Positions 40,044-52,388 of a DNA stretch of 64,000 nt are shown one piece after another. Source of the stretch: Octopus sinensis (taxonomy: Eukaryota). The notes under the pieces were generated by a model. It did no database searches, had not been told where the DNA came from, and worked only from the letters and a program-made list of their open reading frames with translations. Made by a program: the position numbers and the translations under genes. Where the stretch lies: NCBI RefSeq assembly GCF_006345805.1, contig NC_043006.1, positions 6,882,001 to 6,946,000 of the forward strand. Direction: 5' to 3'. Every line of letters begins with the position of its first letter. The stretch's first letter is position 1.

Positions 40044-40078
40044 GTTTCCGACGAAGAGCTCCGCTCGAAACGTTAAAC
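40044..40078 (+). ncRNA. Minimal variant hammerhead motif (Penelope-type)
   Basis: Stem I GUUU/AAAC; core CCGACGA plus extra A; stem II GAGC-UCC-GCUC; GAAACGU; site GUU. Confidence 0.55.
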
Positions 40079-40191
40079 CCTTCTTTCCTGAGCGTCCAAT
40101 AATACTATATTTGTCCCACGTCCTCGCGTTGTTGTGTTTTTTTTGTGCTTTCTTGTTTGGATTAACTATATATATATATTATATATATATA

Positions 40192-40246
<55 letters not shown>

Positions 40247-40748
40247 GTGTGTGTGTGTGTGTGTGTGTGTGTGCGTATATGAGTGCGTGTCTGTGTATAG
40301 ATATAAACATGTACGCATGAGTGTTTGTAGACGTATTTGCGCATTTATATTTTATTTTCACTAATATCGATAATATTTATAATGCAAGTTAGAGTGTCAC
40401 TCTGGCCAATTTTTGGGTTAGCGGAGAGGGTTTGATAGCATCAGCAGACGATTACACATGCTGTAACACATCTCATATTACGCCAAAATGCAGACCATTC
40501 AGCCAAGATTTTCTAACGAAACCGTTTTTCACCAGACGGGAATATAGCCCCGCTCAAGTTTAAAATATGACTTTAGTAATTCATCCATAATTATATAATT
40601 TTTTTATGTCCCTTAGATAAATGAAGACGTTACAAATGTAAATTTTATAATGGTAGAGAGAAGCACCCACTAACACACACAAACAGCTAAACGATCTTTG
40701 ATATAGTTTGGGCAGTCACACAATCAAAATCTTTATAGGGGAGGAAGC

Positions 40749-41121
40749 ACTCCGTCGGTTACGACGACGAGGGTTCCGGTTGATCCGATCAACGGAACAG
40801 CCTGCTCGTGAAATTAACGTGTAAGTGGCTGAGCACTCCACAGACACATGTACCCTTAACGTAGTTCTCGGGGATATTCAGCGTGACACAGAGAGTGACA
40901 AGGCCGGCTCCTTGAAATACAGGTACAACAAAAACAGGAAGTAAGAGTGAGAGAAAGTTGTGGTGAAATAGTACAGCAGGGATCACCACCATCCCTGCCG
41001 GAGCCTCGTGGAGCTTTAGGTGTTTTCGCTCAATAAACACTCACAACGCCCGGTCTGGGAATCGAGACCGCGATCCTACGACCGCGAGTCCGCTGCCCTA
41101 ACCACTGGGCCATTGCGCCTC
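40749..41121 (-). mobile_element. tRNA-derived SINE family D, full length
   Basis: Head GGCGCAATGGCCCAGTGG..TCTCGATTCCC; tail shared with family C. Confidence 0.88.
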
Positions 41122-41474
41122 GACGAATATCTTTATACACGCAGCTATCTACAGAGGTCTCCTCCTCAACAGCAGCATTTGGTAAGAGTGCAATTTACAT
41201 TGTTAGGCCTCGTCTTTATATGTATTTGGCGTTGTTGTGTTTCTTTAATTATTATTAAATATTTTTATTTTAGAAACTGGGAGTAAGGAGAACACTATCT
41301 GTTTGGGCACCCATAAAGTGTTCAATACCGTTTATTGCATTGCTGGGACTGTCTTTGCAGATATCAAATATTGAATAACTTTTATCAGAGTTTTATCAGA
41401 ATGATTTCCATCAGGTTAATGCAATGCTTTTAGCAATTGTAAATACTTCGGATACAGATCTGAGTGGATCCCAA

Positions 41475-41676
41475 TTTTGGCAGAAGGCCAGAAATTTTAT
41501 GGCATTGGGTTAAGATGATTACATCGAAACTAGTGCTCAACTGGCATATATTTTAATAGATCCCGAACGGAGGGACGCGAAAATCGACCTGTGTGAAATT
41601 TGAACTCACACCGTAAAGACAGATGACGTGCCACTAAGCATCAAGCCCGGTGTCAAATTATTCTGCTAGCTTGCTA
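41475..41676 (-). mobile_element. Degenerate SINE family B variant
   Basis: AATTTGAACTC (B box, reverse) and remnants of head and tail. Confidence 0.55.
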
Positions 41677-42324
41677 CGTTCTCTCTAATTGATATTGCAA
41701 AACGATTTTTCTGAAGTTCACCAGAATTCATGTTTGAAGTTTCTTCGTTTTTAACGGGGATGTTTACTGTATATTGAAATGCTCTGAGTTGATATTTGTA
41801 TACAAGCTTAGAAAAAAAAGTTCATTTTAGCAATACACTTGTACCTAATATTAGCACGACAAGAGAAACGCACTCTCGTAAGAAAACGCTCAGTTTTTTG
41901 CATTATTATTATTATTATTATTATTAATGAAGACGATGTTAGTAGAAATAGTTAAGTAATTGCTTATATTGCATTGATTAAATTTATCGTTCAAAGCACC
42001 TAGGTCATGCTGATATTTCAGTATCTGAATGCTGAGTTTCACTGGCGCGTATTAATATAAAAAGTTAAAATGTTTTATCTCAGAAAAAGATAACGGTTAT
42101 TCCTATTGTTATCTATTTTATATGTAATTATATCTATCCATTTAACTGTCTATCTACTAATCTTATACACATATTTATATAATTGATTGCTACATAAATA
42201 AATAGATATAGAATTATACACACACAAATATATATACATATATATGCATATATATATACATATATAAATATATACATATATATAATTATATACATATACA
42301 TATATATATAAATATATATATATA

Positions 42325-42359
<35 letters not shown>

Positions 42360-42771
42360 TGTGTGTGTATATATACATATCAGCTGTGTGACACAAACAT
42401 TAAATCAGAAGGTGAACATCGTATTGGATATAAGAAATAATTATTTGCATCTATTTACATTTGTTTATCTATACGTATAAGTTTTATCTGTGTTATTATT
42501 TGTGAGTGTCTGTAAAGAATTACCTGTGTACAGAGAAGCGTATGAGAAAAGTCAAATAGTCAATCAGATTAACAGAAGAACAAAATATGATACAGTTCCC
42601 AAATAAGAGACATCTGTTCTTGACAGTACGTATCCATTTCTCTCTCTCTCCGTCTCTCTTTTCCCACTATCTCTTTGTTCTCCCTCTCCCTCTATCTTTC
42701 TTTCCTCTTTATATGTGCATATAAGCTGGCGTGTGAGTATTTGCGCTCATTGTACTGTATATATATATATA

Positions 42772-43280
42772 CAGATATCCAGGAAGTAAATACACACCTT
42801 CAATGTTCAAAATTTCCTATCTAAGCGTCTTAATATGTTTTTTTAACGGTGTAGGATTTACAATGTAATTATTCCTTTTCTTTCCAGGTGCTATTACATA
42901 AAACATTTGCGAAGAGTAACCATGTCACACAAAAACAAAAATTCAGCAGAACTGTCAGATTTTGAAAGAGGTTATATTATTGGGCATCTGAGGCTGGTCT
43001 TAGCCATCGAAAAATTGCCGAAAATCTCCAAATTCCTCTCCCTACTGTTAATAGAATTATAGTGCAATTCAAAAGCCATGGAACAGAATCAACAGATTCT
43101 CGTTCTGGCTGACCTGGGTCCTTGAAGAGAATTGTGGAAAACGTACCCCGTTCGAAGGCTCTTTACATTGCAAAACAGCTAGACGTTAGTCCAAGAACGT
43201 GTGTTACATATCTGTATAAACTTGGGTATTATGGACGAACAGCAAGAAGAAAACCCCCTCCTTCAACCTATTAATATCAG
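42772..43280 (+). mobile_element. Tc1-like transposon 5' half, decayed
   Basis: TA|CAG start; ATG 42922: [12 protein letters not shown], frameshift, [42 protein letters not shown]; no catalytic domain seen. Confidence 0.75.
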
Positions 43281-43403
43281 TATAGAACTCGTTGACACTT
43301 AGAATTATGTATGAAGAATTATGTTGTATGGAAACATTTGTAGTGATTAAAAAAATAACTGTCCAACAGTACTCCTTCTTGTTGACTCTATCTTCTTCAA
43401 TTT

Positions 43404-43440
43404 ATAGATAGATAGATAGATAGATAGATTGATAGATAGG

Positions 43441-43520
<80 letters not shown>
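43404..43520. repeat. (GATA)n microsatellite
   Basis: Direct reading. Confidence 0.97.
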
Positions 43521-43521
<1 letters not shown>

Positions 43522-44703
43522 TTCTTTATTAGCCACGCAGGGCCGAACAAAGTGGGGACAATAAAATGTAGAACGTTTCGAAAAGACAAAAAAAAAACGA
43601 TCAATAGGGATCGAAAGCGTTTGGGATGTGTAAACAGAGAAATAACAATGTTCCGTTTATAAGAGTTCCCAAAAGGGGGAGTAAAAATGTAATACCGAGT
43701 TGGTTTACCCCTGGAAATAAAAGCCTACGAAAAAGACCACGGTAACCTCAGGAAGGGACAGAACATATGAGAGCAAAGTGCTTTCTCTCTCTCTCACTCT
43801 CTCTCTTTCTCTCCCTCTCTCTCACTTTCTCTCTCTCTTTGTCTTGGATTTAAAGGATCATGCTGAAAGTGGTTTCATCATTCAAGCGCACAATCTTTGC
43901 TACATTAACCCACCTTTTATTGAAAGTTTCATGAGACAAAGTTTCACTCTGTATTCTCACCTTCCTTTTCAAATGGTACTTGAAAAAGTTAAAGAGAGGA
44001 AAGTGTTTGTTTCTAAACTTTCAAACGCATCCACCAATACACATTCTTATATCATAGCTACAAGTATGGTGAAAACTGCTCTGCCTTCCTGTTTAAAGGA
44101 AGGTGGCGGGGCAATATTCGACATAGACTCGGCTGATAACCGAATTCGTCCTACACGTGACATAAGCCCACGGGTCTGAAATCGTTGGACACTGCTTGAG
44201 TGCATGCAGAACAGTTTTGTCGCTATGACCGCATCTAGGGCAGATCAGCTCGGTGTTTCTTGAACCGTGCCTTTAGAGCCTTTTTCGAACAGGCAATGCT
44301 TCCCGATAGCAATGCCAGGTCAGGGATCTCTGGTGATTGTCCAAAGGTCCCGGCTTGAATGTTGGCCTGAAGAAGCGGGTCAGATGTTCTTCGTCGACGC
44401 CCAGGCTCTCCCCAATGGCGTCGTCACATCTCCCCTCCACTAATTCCCTATAAAACGCTTTTGTGGAGGTAGAGTTACACAAGTTTGATCCTGGGCAACA
44501 GGTTTACTCGAGAACATAGCGACACTCTCTGTGCCATTAGCCTAGCCTAGGTCTCTGTTTCATCTATGACTGCAGTTCGACCAAAAAGACGAGTTGCAGG
44601 AAGGCGCGTCTCTCAAACGGTGACTACACCTGTTCACTGTTCTCTACAAAGCGCTTGAGATGTGACAGTTTCAGCGCATGTCTGCGTATCATCAAGCATG
44701 CCA
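43521..44703 (-). mobile_element. 5'-truncated L1/Tx1-clade LINE between (GATA)n arrays
   Basis: RRHALKLSHL; STKAFYRELVEG; LDNHQRSLTWHCYREALPVR; CPRCGHSDKTVLHALKQC (zf-RVT/CCHC); RVGRIRLSAES; 3' end AATAAAGAAA running into (TCTA)n. Confidence 0.8.
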
Positions 44704-44721
44704 TAGATAGATAGATAGATG

Positions 44722-44756
<35 letters not shown>

Positions 44757-44793
44757 GGATAGATGGATAGATAGATAGATAGATAGATATATG

Positions 44794-44865
<72 letters not shown>
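44703..44865. repeat. (GATA)n microsatellite
   Basis: Direct reading. Confidence 0.97.
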
Positions 44866-45042
44866 TGGTAGGGTATATGTTTACATATGGAGATACAGAA
44901 GGAATGAGTGAGTGATTTGTAGATATTTTTACAAACCAATTGATTATATGTATTTTGCATACCTTTTCCACTCCGTATGAATGAATACATGCAATACATA
45001 CACAGACACACACAGACACACAGACACACACAGACACACAGA

Positions 45043-45084
<42 letters not shown>

Positions 45085-45294
45085 TACTCATACATATGCA
45101 AACACACCTGAATATGTGTGTGCATGTGTGTGTATGTATGTGTGTGAAAACATGAATGGCAGAATATTTGCTCCTTTGATTTTGTTCGATGGAATGAGTT
45201 CTTGTTAACGTACACATTGCGATGAATGCACAATTCCTCATTAAAAATGTATTTTACAAGGGAAATTGTTCTGCCGAAACAATAAAAATTGAAA

Positions 45295-45465
45295 GGTAGC
45301 AAGCTTGCAGGATCGTTACCGTGCCAGAGGAAATGCTTATTGGCATTTCTCCCAACACCGGGGTCGACTTTGCATTTCATCACTTTCAAGTCGATAAAAT
45401 TGGTACAGTGAAGCATTCAGTTCGATCTTATTGATTAACCTTCCCACAAAATTGCTGGCCTTGCT
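45295..45465 (+). mobile_element. Degenerate SINE family B variant
   Basis: GGGGTCGACTTTGCATTTCATC body and AAAATTGCTGGCCTTG tail. Confidence 0.55.
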
Positions 45466-45667
45466 GTATAACAGCTTAAATAAGCTTAATTTACACATTC
45501 ATTATATACCTGTTTTACTGATTGCATCTCTTCTCATGGGCTATGTATCACAGGTGTAGATTCTTAACAAGATTAGTCGATTCCGCTAGATAAATAAACC
45601 TAAAATGTCCACTCAATATATCTATTAGAAAGCATGAATTTAATATGTAAAATCATTTTTTACTCAA

Positions 45668-46042
45668 ATAGCAGTATCACCCGGCGTTGCTTGGGTTTGT
45701 AAGAGAAATAACTATATAAGCATTTTTTGAGATGTAAAGTATAATAGCCATCTCAATATGGCTAACCACAAAGGGGAGTGTTACTGTAGCTTTTTACGTT
45801 CTGAGATTTAATAATACATTTTTAGAGAATTACTTCCCTTATATAAACCGAGCGAAAATGCATTAAAATACGGAAAAATTATGGTAATTGTTTTTAAAAA
45901 TCGTAGACTCATCTTAGAGGCGCGCTAATACCCAGAAGGGCTCGATATGAATCACGACTATAAGATACCCGCTTTTGGTTAAACTGCACCGCAAAATGTG
46001 GGAGTAGTTAGGAATCTAAATCGTAGGGGACAGACACACAAC
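45668..46042 (-). mobile_element. Non-autonomous Helitron copy with mutated termini
   Basis: Colinear with 9126-9522. Confidence 0.82.
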
Positions 46043-46157
46043 TTCACTTTTATATATAAAGGTAAGTAATTCCTAACACAGCTATTTATTTACATAGATT
46101 TCAGTCTAGTGAAATTAATCACTTTGTACACCTTCCAAAGAATTATTTACGTCATAC

Positions 46158-46390
46158 CTATTTCTTTACTACCCACAAGGGGCTAAACATAGGGGGGGAC
46201 AAACAAGGACAGACAAAGGGATTAAGTCGATTACATCGACCCCAGTGCATGACTGGTACTTATTTAATCGACCCCGAAAGGATGAAAGGCAAAGTCTACC
46301 TCGGCGGAATTTGAACTCAGAAGGTAGCAGCAGACGAAATACTGCTAAACATTTCGCCTGGCGTGCTAACGTTTCTGCCAGCTCGCCGCC
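46158..46390 (-). mobile_element. SINE family B, full length
   Basis: Near-consensus reverse copy. Confidence 0.85.
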
Positions 46391-47361
46391 TTATTTATGA
46401 TATACCGTGAGGAAAGAGAATGTGTAGTACACTTTTGATATTTGGTATTTGCTTTTACTTTCCCCATATTGTAAGATGTAGCTTGCACTAACAGAAATAA
46501 TGTGTTTAGAGTAGGACGTGTATCAACTTAACCTTGGACCATCATGTTTGACTTGGTAAATACTCTTTCATCTATATCTCACTCGATTCATTTGTGTCCC
46601 TGTAATTTTCATAGTCTCATTCACTCTTCAAAGAGACTATGTTTCGTTTGATAATGAACTTAGTAAAGTAAATTATAAATGTACATAATAACACAATGAC
46701 ATCAATTGATCTAGTACTATGGCTTATATTAAGTTAAATTATATTACGTTAACTAGCATAATAAATGTTGCATGACTTTCTAGTGTGAAAGAAGATATAA
46801 AACTAAATTTACCATATAACACATTATTTTATTAACAGTAGGCGATATATGCTACGTCCCACTGAATATCGAAAGACAGTTTTGGCCATAGTGTCATTTT
46901 TGCTTGACACAAGAAAAATGTTTGTAATTATACGTAATTTCTCCGATTTATTATATAAGTAAGTAGAAAAAATTATATCGCCCTTAAGTAGACTTTAACA
47001 GAATGCATCCATCCGTTTCGTTTCTGATATTGAGTAATGAACAATGGCAACTCTTAAGGAATATAAATTCCTTAAAATATGATGTATTCATAAAGATACA
47101 TACTCCAGGATTTTTGATATACGACCAACACATACAGGGCAAAGTTTAACTAAGCAGTTACGGTGAATTATTATTCTGTAGCAGATACTTGTTTAAAGAA
47201 TTATTTCATTTCGATTCGCAACAATGAAGCACCTGTCTACAGAAGTTGTCTTCAAAGAAATCGATATGAATATACATGCACACACACATATATGCATATA
47301 TATATATACACACAGATACATATATACATACATATATACATACATGAATATGTAAGTATAT

Positions 47362-47446
<85 letters not shown>

Positions 47447-47477
47447 TGTATACATATGGTTGCAGATTCTTTTCTTT

Positions 47478-47895
47478 CATTCTTTTACTTGTTTCAGTCA
47501 CCTGACAGCGGCCATGCTGGAGCACCGCCTTTAGTCGAACAAATCGACGCCAGGACTTTGTAAGCCTAGTACATATTCTATCTTATTATATTACTCTGTA
47601 ATCCAAGTACTTATTCTATCAGCGCTTTTGCCGAACCGCTAGTTTACGGGAACGTAAACACACCAGCGTCAGTTGTCAAGCGAGGGTGGGGGATAAGCAT
47701 AAACACACAAATACACATACACATATATATGTATACGACGGGTCTCTTTCAGTTTCCGTCTAACTAATCCACTCACAAAGCTTTGGTTGGCCCGAGGCTA
47801 AAGTAGAAGACACCTGGCCAATGTGCCACGCAGTAGAACTGAACCTGGAACCATGTTGTTGCGAAGCTTGCTTCTTACCACAGCCAATCCTGTAT
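47478..47895 (-). mobile_element. SINE family A
   Basis: Colinear with 24772-25173 with moderate divergence. Confidence 0.8.
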
Positions 47896-48164
47896 ACGCG
47901 TGAGTGTGTGTATTTGTGTAATATATATTATATATACACAAATGCGCAAACACTTGTAAAATTAACATGTATATGTACTCTAGAAAAAACACTCTATATA
48001 AAAAGTGTTTAGTAATCCCTCACATCAATGATAAATTGCTTTTATATGTAACATGACGTGAAAACAAATGATATAATAATTATATATATATATATAATAT
48101 ATATAATATATATATATATACATATATACATATATATGTATATGTATATATATGTATATATGTA

Positions 48165-48212
<48 letters not shown>

Positions 48213-49399
48213 CGATTCATTCAATGTTTGTACACAGCATTTACACGAAACACACCAGGATAAAGTTATTGTTCCTTATTCATTTTTCAAGAATAGTACA
48301 AAAGAAGGCAATGCCAAGATTATCTGTTGCCATCTAAATCACATTTTGATATATTATCATGATAAGTAGGCAATAAATCTTACTGATTGATTGCTGACCA
48401 TGTCTAGCCGAGACAGATTATCCTATAACATTTGTCTTCGTCTTATGACCAACTGACTTTGTTCCTTGCTTGTTCTATTTAAAGTACCTACTCAAAAGTT
48501 TCTAAAAGAAATACCGTGCTACGCTGAATAATTTTTATAATTCATCATCGGCTTCTTTTGATATATTTCACTTGGCATATAATCCAGCAAAATTTAGCTA
48601 ATTCTATAAGTACATTTCTGTATTATTCTGTGTTGTTTTGTTCAGACTTTTTTTTTTCTGATTGAGAAAAATGGCGTTTGATTTTTGGGACTAAATGTGT
48701 TTTAACGTAGATGTTCAATCAGGATTAGTAATAGCGGCCAACATCTCAGTGAGCTTAGGTTTCTGTAACAAAACATCTATTCTAAAACTTCATTGAAATA
48801 ATATAAAATGGTCGATCGAGTTAAAGATAAAAATGATGGTAATGAATGTAAATAATTTTACTGAAAGTATTTGTACGAAAGTCAGAGTTATTTAAAATAC
48901 ACTTAGCTGTGGAATTTCATGGATTATATAAAATTCCATTAGCTACAATGAAACTTTTGTAGGCGTTGATTAATTGAACTTGATCTTTCTATGGGACAAA
49001 GAAATAGAACCACATACTTTTCAAAACATGACTATAGAAATCCTCAAGCAATTCCCAGCCCAAAGAGCAACGCCTGGTTTAAAAATTATTTCTTACTTGA
49101 TATGGCACTCTGGGAAAACTTTTGTTGGTTGTTCATCCCATACTGTTTCGCCTGCATTGAGTTCAGATATAGAAGTCATAATACTTTAGTACTTTCTGAA
49201 GCACAACTACTAATACTAGAAATAGAGACGGATGTCGTTTTATGTCAACCATTGGAGCATCAATGATGGGGATATTACATTGATAATTTACATTGAAGGA
49301 GTTTTGCATAAAAAAAAACAAAAGAAAAAGGGACAGAAGGAGAAATGAGATAGAAAATAGTATACGTAGTATTCAAAATAAGTGAACACGTGGATAATT

Positions 49400-50010
49400 C
49401 CGTTCTCTTGATAGAGTAGAGCCGCCACTTTGATCCTGTCGAGGAATCCCACATATTCAGGATAATCTTGAGAACAAAGGCACTCATTCTTGCATAAGAG
49501 TAACTCTTTTTGCAACACTTGCCAATCGTTTGACTGATTAGCTAAGTGACAACACTTCCCTGTTCACCCTCACTTTTCCACCAAATTGGAATTCGAACAG
49601 CTTGTTGAGGGCTTCACCGAAGTGGAAGGAGTCTGTCCTCAATCCTTTCAATTTCCTTTACCACACAGACACTTTAGCCTTTGCTTCCATTCAGGAAAAC
49701 AGCACCTAAATGTAGATGGTGGGGGCTTTCCCGAAGATAATCTCATCTGATACCCGAATTGACCCTACACGTGAAAAGTACTATTCAACGAAATTCCACG
49801 CGTCAGCGGAACTCGGGTACTGCACGTGATCCAGCACAACAGATTCTTTTGTACTTAGCTTGCATCTCCTACAGTCCCACCTGGCAGAATTTCATGCCTG
49901 TAAATTTATTTCGAACCATTGATACTCCACTGTATCACTGCCAGGCCAAGACATCCTGGAAATTATCCTTAATAGCTCCTAGTTCATACGATTTACCTTC
50001 CAAGGGGAAA
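49400..50010 (-). pseudogene. Possible highly decayed hAT transposase
   Basis: Minus strand AWQ*YSGVSMVRNKFTGM..EMQAKYKRICCAGSR resembles GQxYDGASxMxGxxxG..EMQPKAxYIHCAxH; many stops. Confidence 0.35.
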
Positions 50011-50538
50011 TGAAAAGAGATTGACCTCATGAACAAGGGGAAGCATCCCTCCATAGATTAAGACAACAACCTTCAATATCTTATTAATCTAGAAAATACG
50101 CATTGTTCTCAAAACGAAACTATTGTTTGCTTTAAGAAAGAAAATATTGATGCATTCCTTAAATTATATGTAATAAATATAATAATGGTAAGCTTAATTT
50201 AACATTAGATAAAGCTAGTATATTTGATGGTGTATATAATTGGTTATTATCGCCTTCAAATATGTCAATGGCAACGAATCACTCCTTCCTGGAAGATTTT
50301 ATTCTAGAAATTAATGGTATGGATCTACAATCTGAAATAATATTTCATTTTGAGAGCACTACTAAGATTATAACAGTAATTGTGATTGTTTCCGTAATAT
50401 AGAAGTGGAATTCAATCGAAGATATTCAGTTTTAAATGCCTATAAAGGTTATTCCCTTTGTGGATGGACACGTTTCCATACATTTCGTTGAAATAAAAGG
50501 AGAATGCGAAAATGTTGTGCAATACATGGAAATGTTAA

Positions 50539-50740
50539 GGTGGCCAGCTGGCATAATAGTTAGCACACTGTCAAAATCCTTTAGCAGCATGTCGCCAGTC
50601 TTCACGTTCTGAGTTCAAATTTCGTCGAGGTCGACTTTGCCTTTCATCCTTTGGAGTCGAGGAAACAAGTAACAGCTGAGTATTAGGGTTGATGTAAACG
50701 ACGTACCCCTCCCGTCTGACCTTGAGCCCGAATTTGGAAC
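50539..50740 (+). mobile_element. SINE family B variant
   Basis: GAGTTCAAATTTCGTCGAGGTCGACTTTGCCTTTCATCC. Confidence 0.65.
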
Positions 50741-51396
50741 TCATATACAGAAGTGACGTAGATTTCTTCGATTTACACTCGAAGTTAGCTCCATTAATTG
50801 AACGCAAGTTTACTCTTAATTTTTTTCTTTCGTGCAGAAAATTTTGCCAACATACGCATACGATGCATTTGTTATTCCCTAATGCAATTTATTCAATATC
50901 CATAATGGAATTTTCTATTAATTGAAATTCCCTTTCAAAACAAGTTTTGTGCATGAAATAGTTGGACGTAATATGCAGTAGATATTCTGTAACCTACATC
51001 ATGTTCATTGTTAAGAATAGGCTCCAAAGTTTGTGATAATGTTGAAAATATTTCATGCTCCTTTGAGATGTCCCAGATCCTGAATAGTGAAAAGCGAGCA
51101 TTGTCTTTTCAAACATGTATCAAACGCTGTGTCAACGTCCTCAATTCTACGTTCTCTTTCATGAATATCAATGAATTTTATTTACAATGATGTCTAGCAT
51201 TGTGAAAATAAGTAATTTTAGAAGCACCCGTTTTATACAACACAATACGAAAACAAATCGGAAGGAAATTAATTAACACGAAAATGAGGTTATCGACTTT
51301 GACACATTCAATTAAAACAAAGGATTAGACGGATTTGGATTGGTAATGTATTAAAATTAATCTGAATATATAATTAGAAATAGATTGTCAACTATA

Positions 51397-51790
51397 GGCG
51401 CAGGAGTGGCTGTGTGGTAAGTAGCTTGCTAACCAACCACATGGTTCCGGGTTCAGTCCCACTGCGTGGCATCTTGGGCAAGTGTCTTCTGTTATGGCCC
51501 CGGGCCGACCAATGCCTTGTGAGTGGATTTGGTAGATGGAAACTGAAAGAAGCCTGTTGTATATATGTATATATGTGTATGTGTGTATGTGTTTGTCCCT
51601 CTAGCATTGCTTGACAACCGATGCTGGTGTGTTTACGTTCCCATAACTTAGCGGTTCGGCAAAAGAGACCGATAGAATAAGTACAGGGCTTCCAAAGAAT
51701 AAGTCCCGGGGTCGATTTGCTCGACTAAAGGCGGTGCTCCAGCATGGCCGCAGTCAAATGACTGAAACAAGTAAAAGAGTAAAAAGAGAG
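51397..51790 (+). mobile_element. SINE family A, full-length reference copy
   Basis: A box, B box, CORE-like CTTGGGCAAGTGTCTT, internal (TA/TG)n, GAGTAAAA tail. Confidence 0.9.
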
Positions 51791-52061
51791 TAACTAACTT
51801 TAGATTATCTTCTTAATTGTGCCGATTGCTGATTAGTAATATTTTCACATTTATTGCAGATTCTCCGAGTGCTTTTCTAGTTTTTTTTCTTTATTTATTT
51901 ATCTGCATTTGCAAATACATCAATGGAAGGGCGATAGAAAGAAGATTAAGAAAATATTAAACTTAACATGGATAGAAAGATAGATATTTTATTGAAATTG
52001 AAATAACTTAGCAAAATAGCCGTGGATGTTTACTTTCTTAAATGTGTTATTTGAACCTTGT

Positions 52062-52388
52062 TTTAAAGACTCCGCCGGTTACGACGACGAGCGTCCCAGC
52101 TGATACGATCAACGGAACAGCTTGCTCGTGAAATTAACGTGCAAATAGCTGAGAATTCCACAGACACGTGTACCCTTAACGTAGTTCTCGGGGATAATCA
52201 GCGTGACACAGAGAGTGACAAGGCTGACCCTTTGAAATACAAGTACAACTCATTTTTGCCAGCTGAGTGGACTGGAGCAACGTGAAATAAAGTGTCTTGC
52301 TCAAGGACACAACGCGTCGCCGGGAATCGAACTCACAACCTTACGATCATGAGCCGAATGCCCTAACCACTAAGCCACGCGTCCTCAC
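52062..52388 (-). mobile_element. SINE family C with 12-bp TSD
   Basis: TTTGAACCTTGT at 52050-52061 and 52389-52400. Confidence 0.9.

Noticed and set aside
41048-41121. tRNA-like sequences (also heads near 22250-22324, 51397-51470, 52315-52388)
   Set aside because: SINE heads continuing into shared bodies; acceptor and anticodon stems do not pair properly.
49400-49660. Vague similarity to vertebrate retroviral RT (DSFHFGEAL, LLLC..LCSQD)
   Set aside because: No YxDD motif; adjacent sequence fits a hAT transposase better.
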